This document shows, piece after piece, positions 31,953-43,904 of a stretch of DNA of 64,000 nucleotides. Source of the DNA: Eutreptiella sp. 'Long Island Sound 2002' (Eukaryota > Protista > Euglenida); NCBI GenBank assembly GCA_964036045.1, contig OZ038378.1:88970001-89034000 (forward strand), read 5' to 3'. Each line of letters begins with the position of its first letter. Within the stretch, counting starts at the first letter, position 1. Both the position numbers and the translations under genes were made by a program. The notes under the pieces were generated by a model that had not been told where the DNA came from, searched no databases, and was given only the letters and a program-made list of their open reading frames with translations.

Positions 31953-34524
31953 CCCTTGGTACACACTAGAAGACGCAATCTCATTCTAGGCTAGAACACT
32001 CTAGCCTAGATGTTCTAGCCTAGAATAGATCAATACTAGAACGATATAATAACCCGGGTAGAACACAAAAAACAAATTATCACACACACACACACACACA
32101 CATGCACGCACACATTTTGACGTAGGCATCCCTTCAAGCGTTGGTTGGGGGGGGGGGGCTTTGCTTTTGTCACATTTTTTTCAGGGGTGGGCTTGACAAC
32201 TACCTTTGGGGGGGCTGGAACTCAGGGGTTAGGGAGGGTTGTCTTTTATTTGTTTCATGGTCGTTTTTAATTGGATTTTTTTTATATTGGACCGACGAAA
32301 TGCAATTTCAAGTTGCAGCTACACCATGCAACGCTATGTAGTGTTGTGGTGTGTTGTGGTCTCGTAAGGTGTGGAGTGGTGTGGTGTGCTGTGTTGTAGT
32401 ATGTTGTGGTGTGTGATCTGCTATGATGTGTTGTGTTGTGTAGTGGCGTGGTGTGTTCTCTTGTGGTCACATGAGGTGCTCTGTGGTGTGCTCCGGTGTC
32501 ATGTGGTGTGGTGTGTTGTCATGCGCCGTGGGCTCGTGTCATGTGGTGTGGTGTGCTGTGGTGTGTTGTGCTGCGCAGCGGTCTGCTATAGTGTGTGATT
32601 GGCTCTGGTGTATTGTATTATGTGGGGGGCTAGTGTGTTGTGGTCACATGCCATGCGCTGTGGTGTGTTGTGTTTTCATGTGGTGTGGTTGGTGTGGTTG
32701 GTTGGATGGTGTGTTGGTTGCTTGGCAAGTTGGGTTGTTTGGCAGTTTGGGTCATTTGTTGGGTGTTTAGCCGGTCGGGGCATGTTGTGTGGTGTCTGCA
32801 CCCTGTGGTGTGTGGTGCCGTAAGCTGTTGTATGCTCTGTGATGTCATGTCTGTGGGCACACATGCAATTCCTGCCATTCCAAAGGAGGGGGGGGGGAAG
32901 GGCTGATAATCAATTACTATTTTTGTTGTAGCGGCGTTCTAGGGAAATATTCTAGCGGCGTTCTAGCGGCGCTCTAGCGGCCTGCTAGAACGCCGCTAGA
33001 ATAGTTCCCACGAACGCCGCTAGAACAAAAATAGTAAATGCTTACCACCCCCCCCCCCCCTCCTTTGGAATGGCACCAAATACATGTGTACCCACAGACA
33101 TGACATCACAGAGCATACAACAGCATGCCAGATCACACACCACAGGGTGCACACACCACACCACATGCCCCAAACGGCTAAACACCCATCAAATAACCCG
33201 AGCTGCCAGACAACTCAACGTACGTACAAACCAAAACAAACAAGCAACCAACAAACCATTCAACCAACCAGATAGCCAACCCTATTGCACGATATCCCAC
33301 CACACCCCACCACATGACACCCGACCACACCACATGACAACACAGCACACCACAGGGCATGTCATGTGACCACAACACACCACGCCATTACACAATACAG
33401 TACACCATAGCAGATCACACACCACAACAGACTACAACACAGTGTCATGCGGTGTGGTGTGGTGGGGTGGGGTATCGTGCGATAGGGTTGCCTCTGTGGT
33501 TGGTTGAACGGTGTGTTGGTTGCTTGGCAGGTTGGGTTGTTTGGCAGCTTGGGTTATTTGTTGGGTGTTTGGCTGGTTGGGGCATGTTGTGTGGTGTTTG
33601 CACCCTATGGTGTGTGGTGCTGTATGCTGTTGTATGCTCTGTGATGTCATGTGTGTGGGTACACATGTGATTACTGCCATTCCAAGGCGGGCGGGGGGCT
33701 GATAAGCAGTTACTATTTTTGTTGTAGCGGCGTTCTAGCGGCGTTCTAGAGGCCGCTAAAGCGCCGCTAGAACAGTTCCCTAGAACGCCGCTAGAACAAA
33801 AATAGTACCTGCTTATCAACCCCCCCGCCTCCCTTGGATGGGTAGTAATTACATGGGTAGCCACAGACATGACATCACAGAGCATAAAACGGCATACGGC
33901 ACCACACACCACGGGGTGCAAACACCACACATCATGCCCCAACCAGCCAAACACCCAACAAATAACCCAAGCTGCCAAGCAACCAGCACACCATTCAACC
34001 AACCGGACGGGCAACCCTATCGCACGATGCCCCACCACACCACACCACACCACATGACACCAGACCACACCACATGACACCCGACCGCACCACATGACAA
34101 CACAGCATACCACAGGGCACGTGATGTGACCACAACACACTACGCCGCGCACAGTACAGCACACCACAGCACATCACACACTACAGCAGACCGCAACACA
34201 CCACAGCACACCACACTACATGACACCACTTTACACCTTACGAGCCACAACGCACCACAACACTGCACAACATTGCATGGCATACCTGCAACTTGAAATT
34301 GCAGTTCGTCAGTCCAATATCATAAAAATCCAATAAAAAACCACCTGTGAAACAAAGAAAAAAACACCCTCCGAGACCCTTGAGTTCAACCTCCCCCCCA
34401 AGGCAGTTCTCGTGCCCCCCCCAAAAAAAATGTGTGACAAAAGCAAAGACGCCCCCTCCCCCACCCAACGCTTGAAGGGAGGGCAGCCCCACAATGCCCG
34501 TGCCTATGTCAAAATGTGTGCGTG

Positions 34525-34561
<37 letters not shown>

Positions 34562-34976
34562 ACAAATGACTAGACATGTACCAAATGTGATGGTTTCTAT
34601 GTGTCTATGTGTCATGAACCCCCCCCTTGCCACATTGGTGTCTTTTACTTCCCAAATCTGTGTGCATGTTTTTGTTCTAGCCTTGTTCTAGCGAAGCGTT
34701 CTAGCGATGTTCTAGCGCCGTTCCAGCGGGGCGCGCTAGGATGGTGCTAGATCGTCGCTAGAACGTTTTTTGGTACTTGTTCAATTTCAAGTCAAAAAAT
34801 GTTTTTCTCAAAAACAAGGTATGTACCCCCTAGTATGGTAATAGGGGTCCAATTTGCACCCTTCATACCCCCGCCCCCTTATGCCCATGGGTCGGGGCAA
34901 CCACTTTTTTTTGTTCTAGCCACTCTAGCGGCGTCTAGGCTAGAACGAGGTTGGGTCTTCTAGCGTGTACCAAGGG
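31953..34976. mobile_element. 3024-bp non-autonomous foldback-type TIR element
   Basis: TIR CCCTTGGTACAC(A/G)CTAGAAGAC at both ends; flanks CG / TG (probable 2-bp TSD with CpG decay). CTAGAAC subterminal repeats. 32080-32900 is inverted relative to 33830-34560. Palindromic cores at 32910-33040 and 33705-33810. Confidence 0.8.
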
Positions 34977-35194
34977 TGAAGCCACAAGCATTTACCGAAG
35001 CAAACACACGAGCGATGCGCTTGTGAGACGGCTAGCATCATCGCTAAGAAATGCGCCTGGGTTTGCGGCAGCTCCTGCATTGTGGTTGTCTGAGGGGTCA
35101 ATAATGAAAGCGGGGGTAAAGAGCAAGAAGGGGTGTTGGTTGTCATTTTCCACCGCGGGCAAAGTGTACCCTTTGTGCATGGCTGCTCGTGTTG

Positions 35195-35343
35195 CTTTTG
35201 AATGTTGCCATTTACAATGCGAATTGTGTGAATTGGGGCCAAATTCATGCATATTTGTCGGATTTTAGCACAAATTCGCACAGTGTTGTGTGAATTCGGG
35301 CCAAATTCGCACAATTCCCATTGTGAATGGCCTCATTCAAAAG
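35195..35343. mobile_element. 149-bp MITE with ~40-bp imperfect TIRs
   Basis: cttttgaatgttgccatttacaatgcgaattgtgtgaatt vs the reverse complement of aattcgcacaattcccattgtgaatggcctcattcaaaag (5 mismatches). Confidence 0.75.
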
Positions 35344-36391
35344 GATGGTTTACAAAGGGTACAAGGGAATTGACTGGACACGAGCGGGAAGGAGCCACAA
35401 GCATCATGCCCGGGACGTGTGGGAGTGGAAACAACCCCTCGGGAAGGGCGCTCTGTGGCGGTATGCAGCTTGGTGCGCCATATTGGAGGTACCATCGCTG
35501 TTGGAGGAGGTTTTGCCACGGTACGTGCCGGCGGTGTTGGACGTGGGATACTTGTCTTTGACAAGTTTGGAGGGACTCGCTGTCTTGTGTGGTTGGGTCC
35601 TCTTGAGGTCTGCTCTCGATGTGCCCAACGTCAAGTTCTCTTTTACCTAATGTCGCAACACCTTCTTTTTTGCGGTGTTGGTGCAACGGGGGGTTGAAGT
35701 TGAATCCTTTGGCATCGGGTGTGAAGTCACAATCCACATTCGCGTCCTTTCAAGGATTGCTTGTACCGCCACGCAGGTACACAAGTGCTAGTTTCAACGT
35801 GCGGCCCTTTGTCCGTTGGAGCTCATCCACGTGGACCTTCAAACGGCGCCCATCTTGCGGTTGTCAACACCTAAGCCGTTGTTAATATGGAACCACTAGA
35901 GCGACAGGTGTTCACCCAAGGGAATACACGAGCGGTGCGTAAGTGAGACGGCCACCATCGTCGCTAGCAAATGCTGGCAAATGTGTGTGGGCCTGTGCTA
36001 GTGCCAACATTGTGGCTGCCTAAGGGGTCAACAATGACATCTGCCGGTGATGGGGGTGATAGGGTGTCAGCTATCATCTCCCGCCGATGGCAAAGGGAAC
36101 TGGCCGCACCTAGGCTTGAAGCAGCCACAAGCAGCTTGCCTGAGCCATGTGGGAGTGGCAACAACCCCTTTCAAAGCACACCAACCGGCGGTTTGCGGCT
36201 TGGTCCGCCATATGGGAGCAACCATTGAGGAGGTCCCCGTAGAGTAGGGGACGGCAATGTTGGACCCGGGAAACCTGCCATGGACAAGTTTTAAGAGACT
36301 TACTGTCTTGTTGAGTTGGATCCTCTTGAGGTTTGTTCTCGACGTGTCAATCGTCCACTTCTCTTTACGCATTGTCGCAACGCCTTTGCAT

Positions 36392-36978
36392 GATCCTTTC
36401 ACCAGTGGAGAAGCAACGCTGCTCATTTCGATTTGCACCACGTTCCCGGCCGCACACGACAATTTAGCGTTGCCTACTTTTTTTTCGCTTGCCGGTAGTT
36501 CGAATCCACTCCCAACTAGAAATCTTCGTCCCAAAGCCTCCACGGCAGGCACACTGCCTCGTCGAACCCTGCCCTGCCAAAAGCCAAACCCAAAGCCCGC
36601 AACAAATCCTCTCAAAAAAACAAAGAACGACGAACGATCTCCACGCTTCTTTTTTCAGTCTGGTTTCTAACTCCATCTCCGTGGCAACCTCCAGCAATAG
36701 CCTCAATTCCAACTCCAGCTCCAGCTCGAGTACTCTTCCTCTGTTCCCACCCGGTTCTGTACCGCCCATTCCACTATCATTGCTTGGTATTGGCATGTTT
36801 CCGAGGTCGTTTGGCATGGGTCCAATTTCACGGTAGGAAGCCTCAACAACTACTGAGGAGAAATTGCCAACTAATTAGGAATTGAGGTGCTGCTTATGTC
36901 ATCCGGCACTGCTTATGTCACTACCTACTCCGGGGAACTTTCGGTACTACTTGCAATATCTACATCGGAGCACTACTC
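36392..36978. mobile_element. About 0.6-kb insertion of unknown type in the 720-bp array
   Basis: Host sequence caacgcctttg..tatgtggcgtc is split by unrelated sequence; no TIR or TSD resolved. Confidence 0.45.
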
Positions 36979-39900
36979 ATCTACCGCTGTAGGGAGTATG
37001 TGGCGTCTGTGCCGGGGGGGGGGGGGGGTTCTGGATGAGCGCCTCGGCATTGGCCTTGAGAAATCCCAAGCCGCATTTGCGTGCCTCGACATCCTTCCAA
37101 GCTTGCTCTTATTGCCACGCAGGTACACAAGTGCTAGTTTGAACGTGCGGCTCTCTATCCAGTGGAGCTCATGCCCATAGACGTTGAAGGCGGCGCCGAT
37201 CTTGCGGTTGTCAACACCCCAGCGGAATTCCATATGGAAGTGCTGAAACCACAAGTGTTTACCCAAGCAAACACAGGAGCGGTGCGAAGCGAGACGGCCA
37301 GCGTCATCACTAACAAATGCGCGTGGGCTTGCGGCAACCCCGTCATCCTGGTTGTCTGAGGGGTAAACAATGATGGCAAGGGTGAAGAGCAAGATGGGGT
37401 GCTGGTTCCACTACGGGCAAAGGTAATTGGCCGGAGGTGGGCTAGAACGAGCCACAAGCAGTGTGGCCAGGCCGTGTGGGAGTGGAAACAACCCCTCACA
37501 AAGGACAAAGGCTGGCGGGATGCAGCTTGGTGCGCCTTGTTGGAGCAACCATCCCTATTGGAGGAAGTGCCCCTAGAGTCGGCGCCGGCTTGACGTTGGA
37601 TACCTCTGCTCGACAAATTTTGACAAACTCAGTGTTTGGCCAAGCTAGAGCCTCTTGAAGTCCGTGCCCGATGTGCCCATCGTGACCTCCTCCTTTACCT
37701 TTTGTCGCAGCGCCATGCTATGTGCGTTGTTGTTGCACTGGGGAATTAGGGTTGAGTGCCTCGTCATCAGTGGTGACCAGTCCCAGGCCGCGTTTGCGCT
37801 CCTTCAAGGCTTGCTCGTACTGCCACGCATGTTCGTAGGTGCTTGTTTGAACGTTTGGCTCTCTGTCTTGTGGAGCTCATGCGTGTAGACCTTGAAACCG
37901 GCGCCGAACGTGCGGTTGTCAATGCCCGGGGGGATGCCGACATTTATTTGCCGAAGCCACAAGTGTTTCCATAGGGGAACGCCCGAGCGGTGCGCAAGTG
38001 AGACGGCTAGCATCATCACCAGCAAATGTGTGTTGACTTGCGCCACCGCCAACATCTTGGCTCATAGTTGGGGCAAAGAGTGAGATGGGGTGTTGGCTAT
38101 CATCCGCCGCCACGGGCAAAGGGAACTAGCCGGACGTGGGCTGGAAGGAGCCACAAGCAGCATGCTCGGGCTGTGTTGGGAGTGGAAACAACCCCTCACA
38201 AAGGACACCGGCCGCCAGCATGCAGCTTGGTGCGCCATATTGGAGCAACCATCGAGGAGGTCGTTGGATGTGGGAAACCTGCCATGGACAAGTTTTCAGA
38301 GACTAAGTGTCTTGTGCGGTTGGCTCCTCTAGGTCCGTCAATGATGTTCCCATCGTCAACTCCTCTTTTGCACATTATCGCAACACCCTCGGATATGTGG
38401 TGTCCGTGGCGGGGGGGGGGGGGTTGAGGCTGGGCACTTCGGCATGGGCCTTGAGAAGTCCTAGGCTGCATTTGCGTTCCTCGACATCCTTCAAGGCTTG
38501 CTCGTAGTGCCATGCAGGTGCACAAGTGCTAGTTTGAACATGCGGCTCTCTATCCAGTGGAGCTCATGCCCATAGACCTTGAAGGCAGCGATGATCTTGC
38601 GGTTTTGAACACCTGAGCGGATGCCGATATGGAACTGCTGAAGCCAAAAGCGTCTGCTTGAGCAAACACACGAGCGGTGCGCAAGCGAGACGGCCAACAA
38701 TATCGCTAACAAATGCGCGTGGGCTTGCGGCAGCCCCGACATTGTGGTTGTCTAAGGGGTCGACAAGGATGCGAAACACAAATAAAACGCAAAAAATCAA
38801 AAACCTTTGGACTCAATCAACCGAAACCAACTCCTCAAAACTGAGTTTCCCATAAAATTTCGCAAAACTAAACTAATTTCTCCCTAATTCGAGTACCATC
38901 ACCAAAATTGTGCACAATTAAAACCTCAAAACACCCAACACTAAAATCAGAACTCCCAAAAATTTTGGGATTGGTGCGGTACCACTTTACTCCCCTGTAG
39001 CACTCGTCCACCCGGCACACTCTTTGCACTTTGCACTATTCGCCAACATGGGCTAGGCCGCACAACACCCTATTGTCCCCAAGGAGGAGCAGTAGCAAAT
39101 ATTCCACGTTTGGGGTTACTTGTGCTTGTGAGGCAGGGACAAGGACGGGCTGCAAGGGGCTAGGTTAGACTAGGCTAGTGGCAAGCTCACCCTAGAGACC
39201 ATGTTTAACTCCGAATTTCTTAATTTTTGGTCAAAAATTAACACTTTTACCTCAAGTTCACGCTTTTTTGATGGAGGTTAGGGGGACAATAGAGAAAAGT
39301 AACACCCTCATGGGCCGCTTTACACGTTTGCGTGTCATTTTCACCAGCGGGTTGGGGGGGGATTCAGTGTCAATGTATAAATTCATTAAAATGGTTTAGG
39401 GCTTTATCTTTTACTTCTAATTTTTGAATCAATATTTCCTAATAATTCTTGTTAATTAAAAATTAATGAACCGTCATCATTAATAGTAAGCTACTCAACA
39501 TGCATTCTGTTCTCCAAAAATTAACTCTCCCTACAAATGCGCAACAAAGCATTAAATGCCTTTTCATAATGTCCATGGTTGTTGTGCGTGGCGAACATGG
39601 CCAGCTTGGGAATCTGTCCCTCCGCACAGGGGCAAGGACCTTGACTCTTGGCCCTTTCGTTCTCTGCAGAGGTGCGGGGAACAACTACTGCTGCCCTCTG
39701 CTGCAGTGCATAGGGCTGGGGATATAGTCAGTACGCCCTGCGCTGAAGAGTACAGCGGTGGGTCCCAAGAGGTATGAGGGGCAGCCTATAGGTGCCAGAG
39801 CTTGTGGAAATGGGAGCCCCTAGGCACATCAGCACAAGGCGGAGGGAATGGTTCCCCGCCCTTGTGCAGTCCAACACAGGGTGGAGTAAAAAAACGCACC

Positions 39901-40619
39901 CAAAGCATATACATGCATTTCCTATTTTAATGGAGCTAGCCGAAATGTTGCTCATCTTTGTCAAAAACAACAAAATACATAGGCTTGTTCACCCAAACAG
40001 GGCAAGATGGCTGAAATTTTGCCCAGCTCCTTCAAAGCTGCTGGTATTGTCAAGGAAATGGGTGCCTACGAGAGCAAACAGTACAACGAACATAGCAGCA
40101 ATGATAATCGGCAAGTGTTGCACACTTTAGTTCCAAATCAATCCTGTGCCAGAGAAGCCTCAAAGCACATCAAAAAAGTGGCAGCCTACCAGCCAAACCT
40201 GAGGTGTGCCCAAGGCAAACTCAGGTCTGGTTTGTACAAGTTCCCACGTTCACAGGTGTTCCTGCGCATGCTCCTCTGTGTGTCAGATGTCTTTTATACA
40301 TAAGAGATGACAGTCGAGCCTCTTGCCATTTGACAAGATGTCTCATACAAGAGTACCAGGTCCTAAACCGCACCACAAGTCAACCACTCCCACCCCACGT
40401 GGTCCCCAACACCACACCCCCGGCGTTGGGTAGGGCAACGGAGTGGCCTCAGAGAAAACCGCCACCACAATCACCACCGGATGGACCCCCCCCCCCCCCC
40501 GGCCCAGGCGATGGTCACCGGTCGTGATTCTTTGCATTGTCCAGGGGCGTCCGATCGGGCGTCCCGGTCCACCAACCACGAACCATCTCCTCCCTTGGGG
40601 GAAGAGTTACCAAATGCTA

Positions 40620-41865
40620 GTAGATGGTCGTGGGCCGCGCCTCGGATCGCTCCAGGATCGCACCCACCGCTTGACATGGAGCCCTCAACGATCTAGATCA
40701 TACGGGACACGATTGCTGCACGGCGCTCCCAGGGGTGCCCTGGACTGGAGCGTATTGATCGATTGCCCCATCAGCGTGTTGGGAAAAACCTCCACTGTGG
40801 AGTGAGGTGACGCGGGTTTGAGGCTATGGAACCGAGTATCGCTGGGTCCTCGTGAATGGGCGCCGCTGGATGGAGAGTTGGAGGATGGGGCTCACGTATC
40901 CGTGCGAATGCGAGGGGTTGGAGGTATGTATCCTGGCTTTGCCTCCCCGAGCGAGGTCGCAGCAACAATCCATGAGGAGATGGAGCGCACTGGAACGGCG
41001 GGGGGCGCCGTTTCAAGTGGGGCCGGGCATGCAATTGCTTAAAGGGGGAGAGATGCAGGGCGAAAGCCCTTGTCCTTCCGAGAGTACGCATGGTCTCGGT
41101 TGCATGCGCAACGGAGTTTGGTGGCGCCTACGAAGGAATTCATGAGGTTGAGAATGGAGATTTAGACGGTCATCGGCGAATGGAGGACAAGCAAGATTCT
41201 TGGATAGCGGGGGCAATCAGGGCGCACGGTTTGGAGATCACGACTGTAGAATTGGTGGAGTACATGGCCCCTGATTGCCTATTGGAAGATGTGCGATTCA
41301 AGATGGCATTGGGGAGTTTTGAACAAGCAACGCCTATTGGTGCGGGAGAGTCGTCTGAGGGCACCTTCTCAAGAAGCTAGCGATTGGAGAAGCGATATGA
41401 CGAGGTGACCATCGATCCGGAGACCTCCACGTCGGGCCGCAAGAGCCCTCCACTGTGTTTCAAGGAGCTGGCGTTACTAATGGCGATGGATCATAAACCA
41501 CAGTGGGTATGTCGCCTTCTCGTCTTCTTTACGGCCATGCTTGAGGGTCGTTGTGTGGATGGGAGCACCTTGGAATGTATGGCAAATTGGAGTGCCACCG
41601 ATTTGCAGGAGGAGCAGGAGGATTGTGTCTCCGGAAAAGGCCAAGCCTTTGGAGCAATGGACAGCCAGCAATTGGTTGGAGTCTATCACCGCACCAATGG
41701 AGGGCATGGACTGCCATGGAGAGCCTCCCATTCCGGCCACCAACTACGTTGAGGGTCTGTGGGGATTCATCGTCACGGCCATTGGCAGCTATGAAGAGAA
41801 ATACAAAAATTGATCCGGTTCTACGAACACCCCTGCATATTGATGTCCCTTTCTTCACTTTGTGA
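40620..41865 (+). pseudogene. Possible DIRS/Ngaro-like (YR retrotransposon) 3' remnant
   Basis: Fragments ALDWSVL / RLWNRVSLGP / MYPGFASPSEVAATIHEEMERTGT resemble the region after DIRS RNase H. SGRKSPPLCFKELALL..CRLLVFFTAML resembles a recombinase N-terminal segment. Many stops and frameshifts. Confidence 0.3.
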
Positions 41866-42812
41866 GCTGCCCGTGTACTTGTTTGCGTGTATGTGCTCCC
41901 TTAGACCAAACACAAGTTGCGCATAGCAACTTTTGTTTTGCCGAGGGAGGGGGGGGGTCAGTGACAGTGGCTGTGGCAGTGACAGTGACAGAAACAGTTA
42001 CTTGAGGTACTGAGCCACCATCCTCCACCCTCCCACCCTCTCACCCTCACAGCTGATGTATTTTTAGACTGCCTGGGCCTCCCCAGAGGCCATGTACTGT
42101 GTCTACTCTGGCGCTGCGCAGCCGGCGCGGGCATACAGGATGCCCACATCATGGGGCGCTACCCCCGGACGCAAAACAGATTTCAGTGTTTGTTATGGAT
42201 GCCATGATCAGTGCAGTCTTCAGTACAGTTTTCAGTCTGCAGGACGCAAGGTGCAGGGTGCAGGGACAAGTGCAGGGCCAGCAAAACAACCCCGAAATCA
42301 TCCCTGCAGAGCACACAACACCACACCAAATCTGCCAATTCAAACTGCATGCCAAGGAGAATCAATGCTGCATGGCAACCCCATGGTGCCCTGCAGACCA
42401 CGCTGACATCGCATCAGCTCCTGGGGCTGTCAACGGCCAACGCGCAAGTAATGACCTTTGCGTCAGAGCGTGGCCAACTGACGGTTGTTGCTAGGTGTGC
42501 GTAAGGGCAGATTTGTTGATGTTGGGACCGTGGCTAGAAGGTGCAGGGACCGGTGGTGGCTAAATTGAGCTGCAAAGGGCTGTTATGATTACTTACTGGT
42601 TGCGTTTTTCTGTGATCAGTTGGGCCAGACCCTGGACCCTGTTCACCTCTCACAACCCCAGACCTTGTTCTTGTACCAGACCTTGTTCTTGTACTACTGT
42701 CGCATCAATCTTGAAGTCCTGGGAACGCTTGGAACAGAGGCTGATGGTCCATCCCTGCTGCCTGCTGAGGATCCCATTTTGTTTGTGTTTAGGTCCTTTT
42801 CAAGCCTGGTGC

Positions 42813-43904
42813 ATGTCGAATGTTGGGGCAGTAGTGCTCGTCGACTGTAATGCTCAATGTCGCCAGGTCTGCGACCTGTTGGCCTGTGAGCCATGCCTTG
42901 CACTTGATTTGGAGGGCTGCCTCTATCCGGCACAAGACATCTGGGTCCTTCAGGTTGCTACCAGTGCAGGAGATGTTTTTCTGTTTGACATCCAGACTCT
43001 ACCAAGTGCCTTTGAGTATGGGCTGTGTGCCTTATTGGAGGATGCTGCGATCTGCAAGCTGATGTTTGATTGTCGGATGGACGCCTATGCCCTCAAGAGG
43101 TATGGTGTACAGTTGCGCCACGTTTTGGACCTCCAGGTACTTTACTGCAAGGCTTGTTTGCCCCGAGGCAATGAGTTCCTACCAAGTCTGGCCCGGGTGT
43201 TGGAATCTATTGTACCAGCCGACAGGATCCCGGAGATGAGACAGCTCAAGAGCCACCGGGTGACCCCAGCTGATGATCACTCGGAGTGGAGATGCAGGCC
43301 TATGTTAGAGACCATCAAGGACTACTGTGCCCAGGATGTCTATTATTTGTTTGCTGTGCATGACCGATGGACTTCCTGCCTCTCGGATCAGGTGTTGCGG
43401 TGCATCTCCGAGCAACGGTTGACAAAATACCAGTTCTGTGATGACCTCTCGGATGTGGGACCGCGGACGGATTTCTTGTTTGATGTCGAAAAGGCTCATT
43501 GTAGTCTGCATCAGGCCCCGCAAAAGAATAGGCAAACATGTGCATTGGTCGCCCTACAGAAGTGGAAGAAGTGCCAGCCCTGCGCTGCCTGCTCTGCACC
43601 ACCTGCCTCTGCTTTGCGTCTCAGCCCCAGCATGTCAAGGGTGCCGGATTCCCCCTCTATGTACCCCATTGGAGGCTTGTGCCCCACGTTTGGGGCCTGT
43701 GTGTCCCCTTCTCCCGCCAACATGAATTTCGGGATCTGTATGATTCCCCCCACAGTGTCTGATCTTGGCTTTGGCATTCAACACCTTCCTTCAGTGGAGT
43801 TTGGGGTTGCAGATTCGTCTGTTCTCCCAGCAATATTCAGGATTTTGGGGTCCTCTGGCCAACCCCTTTTTCTGGGGGCCGGGGTACCGTTCCCCTCGGC
43901 ATAA
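42813..43904 (+). CDS. DEDDy 3'-5' exonuclease (EXD1/EXD2/Egalitarian/RNase D-like), intronless domain, with a degenerate Cys-rich tail
   Basis: ExoI LALDLEG (D 42906, E 42912), LQVAT, ExoII KLMFDCRMDAYAL (D 43080), LDLQV, LPSLA, ExoIII WRCRPM..DYCAQDV (Y 43323, D 43335). Likely start ATG 42813, preceded by a T-rich tract and AG at 42791. Confidence 0.85.
   Translation: MSNVGAVVLVDCNAQCRQVCDLLACEPCLALDLEGCLYPAQDIWVLQVATSAGDVFLFDIQTLPSAFEYGLCALLEDAAICKLMFDCRMDAYALKRYGVQLRHVLDLQVLYCKACLPRGNEFLPSLARVLESIVPADRIPEMRQLKSHRVTPADDHSEWRCRPMLETIKDYCAQDVYYLFAVHDRWTSCLSDQVLRCISEQRLTKYQFCDDLSDVGPRTDFLFDVEKAHCSLHQAPQKNRQTCALVALQKWKKCQPCAACSAPPASALRLSPSMSRVPDSPSMYPIGGLCPTFGACVSPSPANMNFGICMIPPTVSDLGFGIQHLPSVEFGVADSSVLPAIFRILGSSGQPLFLGAGVPFPSA

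Larger units (their letters stand above)
23742..38770. repeat. Degenerate ~720-bp tandem array, about 7 units, interrupted by several insertions
   Basis: Marker (a)tgcagcttg near 23910, 24780, 31512, 35462, 36195, 37522 and 38221. Spacing returns to about 700-775 bp after the insertions are subtracted. Confidence 0.8.

Noticed and set aside
32141-34633. Cys/Val/His/Thr-rich ORFs
   Set aside because: Translations of degenerate GT/CA-rich simple sequence inside the foldback element.
35404-35520. DGxSNM..GCFHSH resembling the hAT second Asp plus CxxH in the 720-bp unit
   Set aside because: The motif is in frame in only one subfamily, that frame has shared stops downstream, and no other hAT motif was found. 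Not called as a transposase.
38995-39130. Minus-strand TGGCGAAT and TCCTC suggesting an HDV-like ribozyme, plus a tRNA-like GCCGGGTGGACGAGTG
   Set aside because: P1 and P3 pairings could not be formed, and there is no cloverleaf or B-box.
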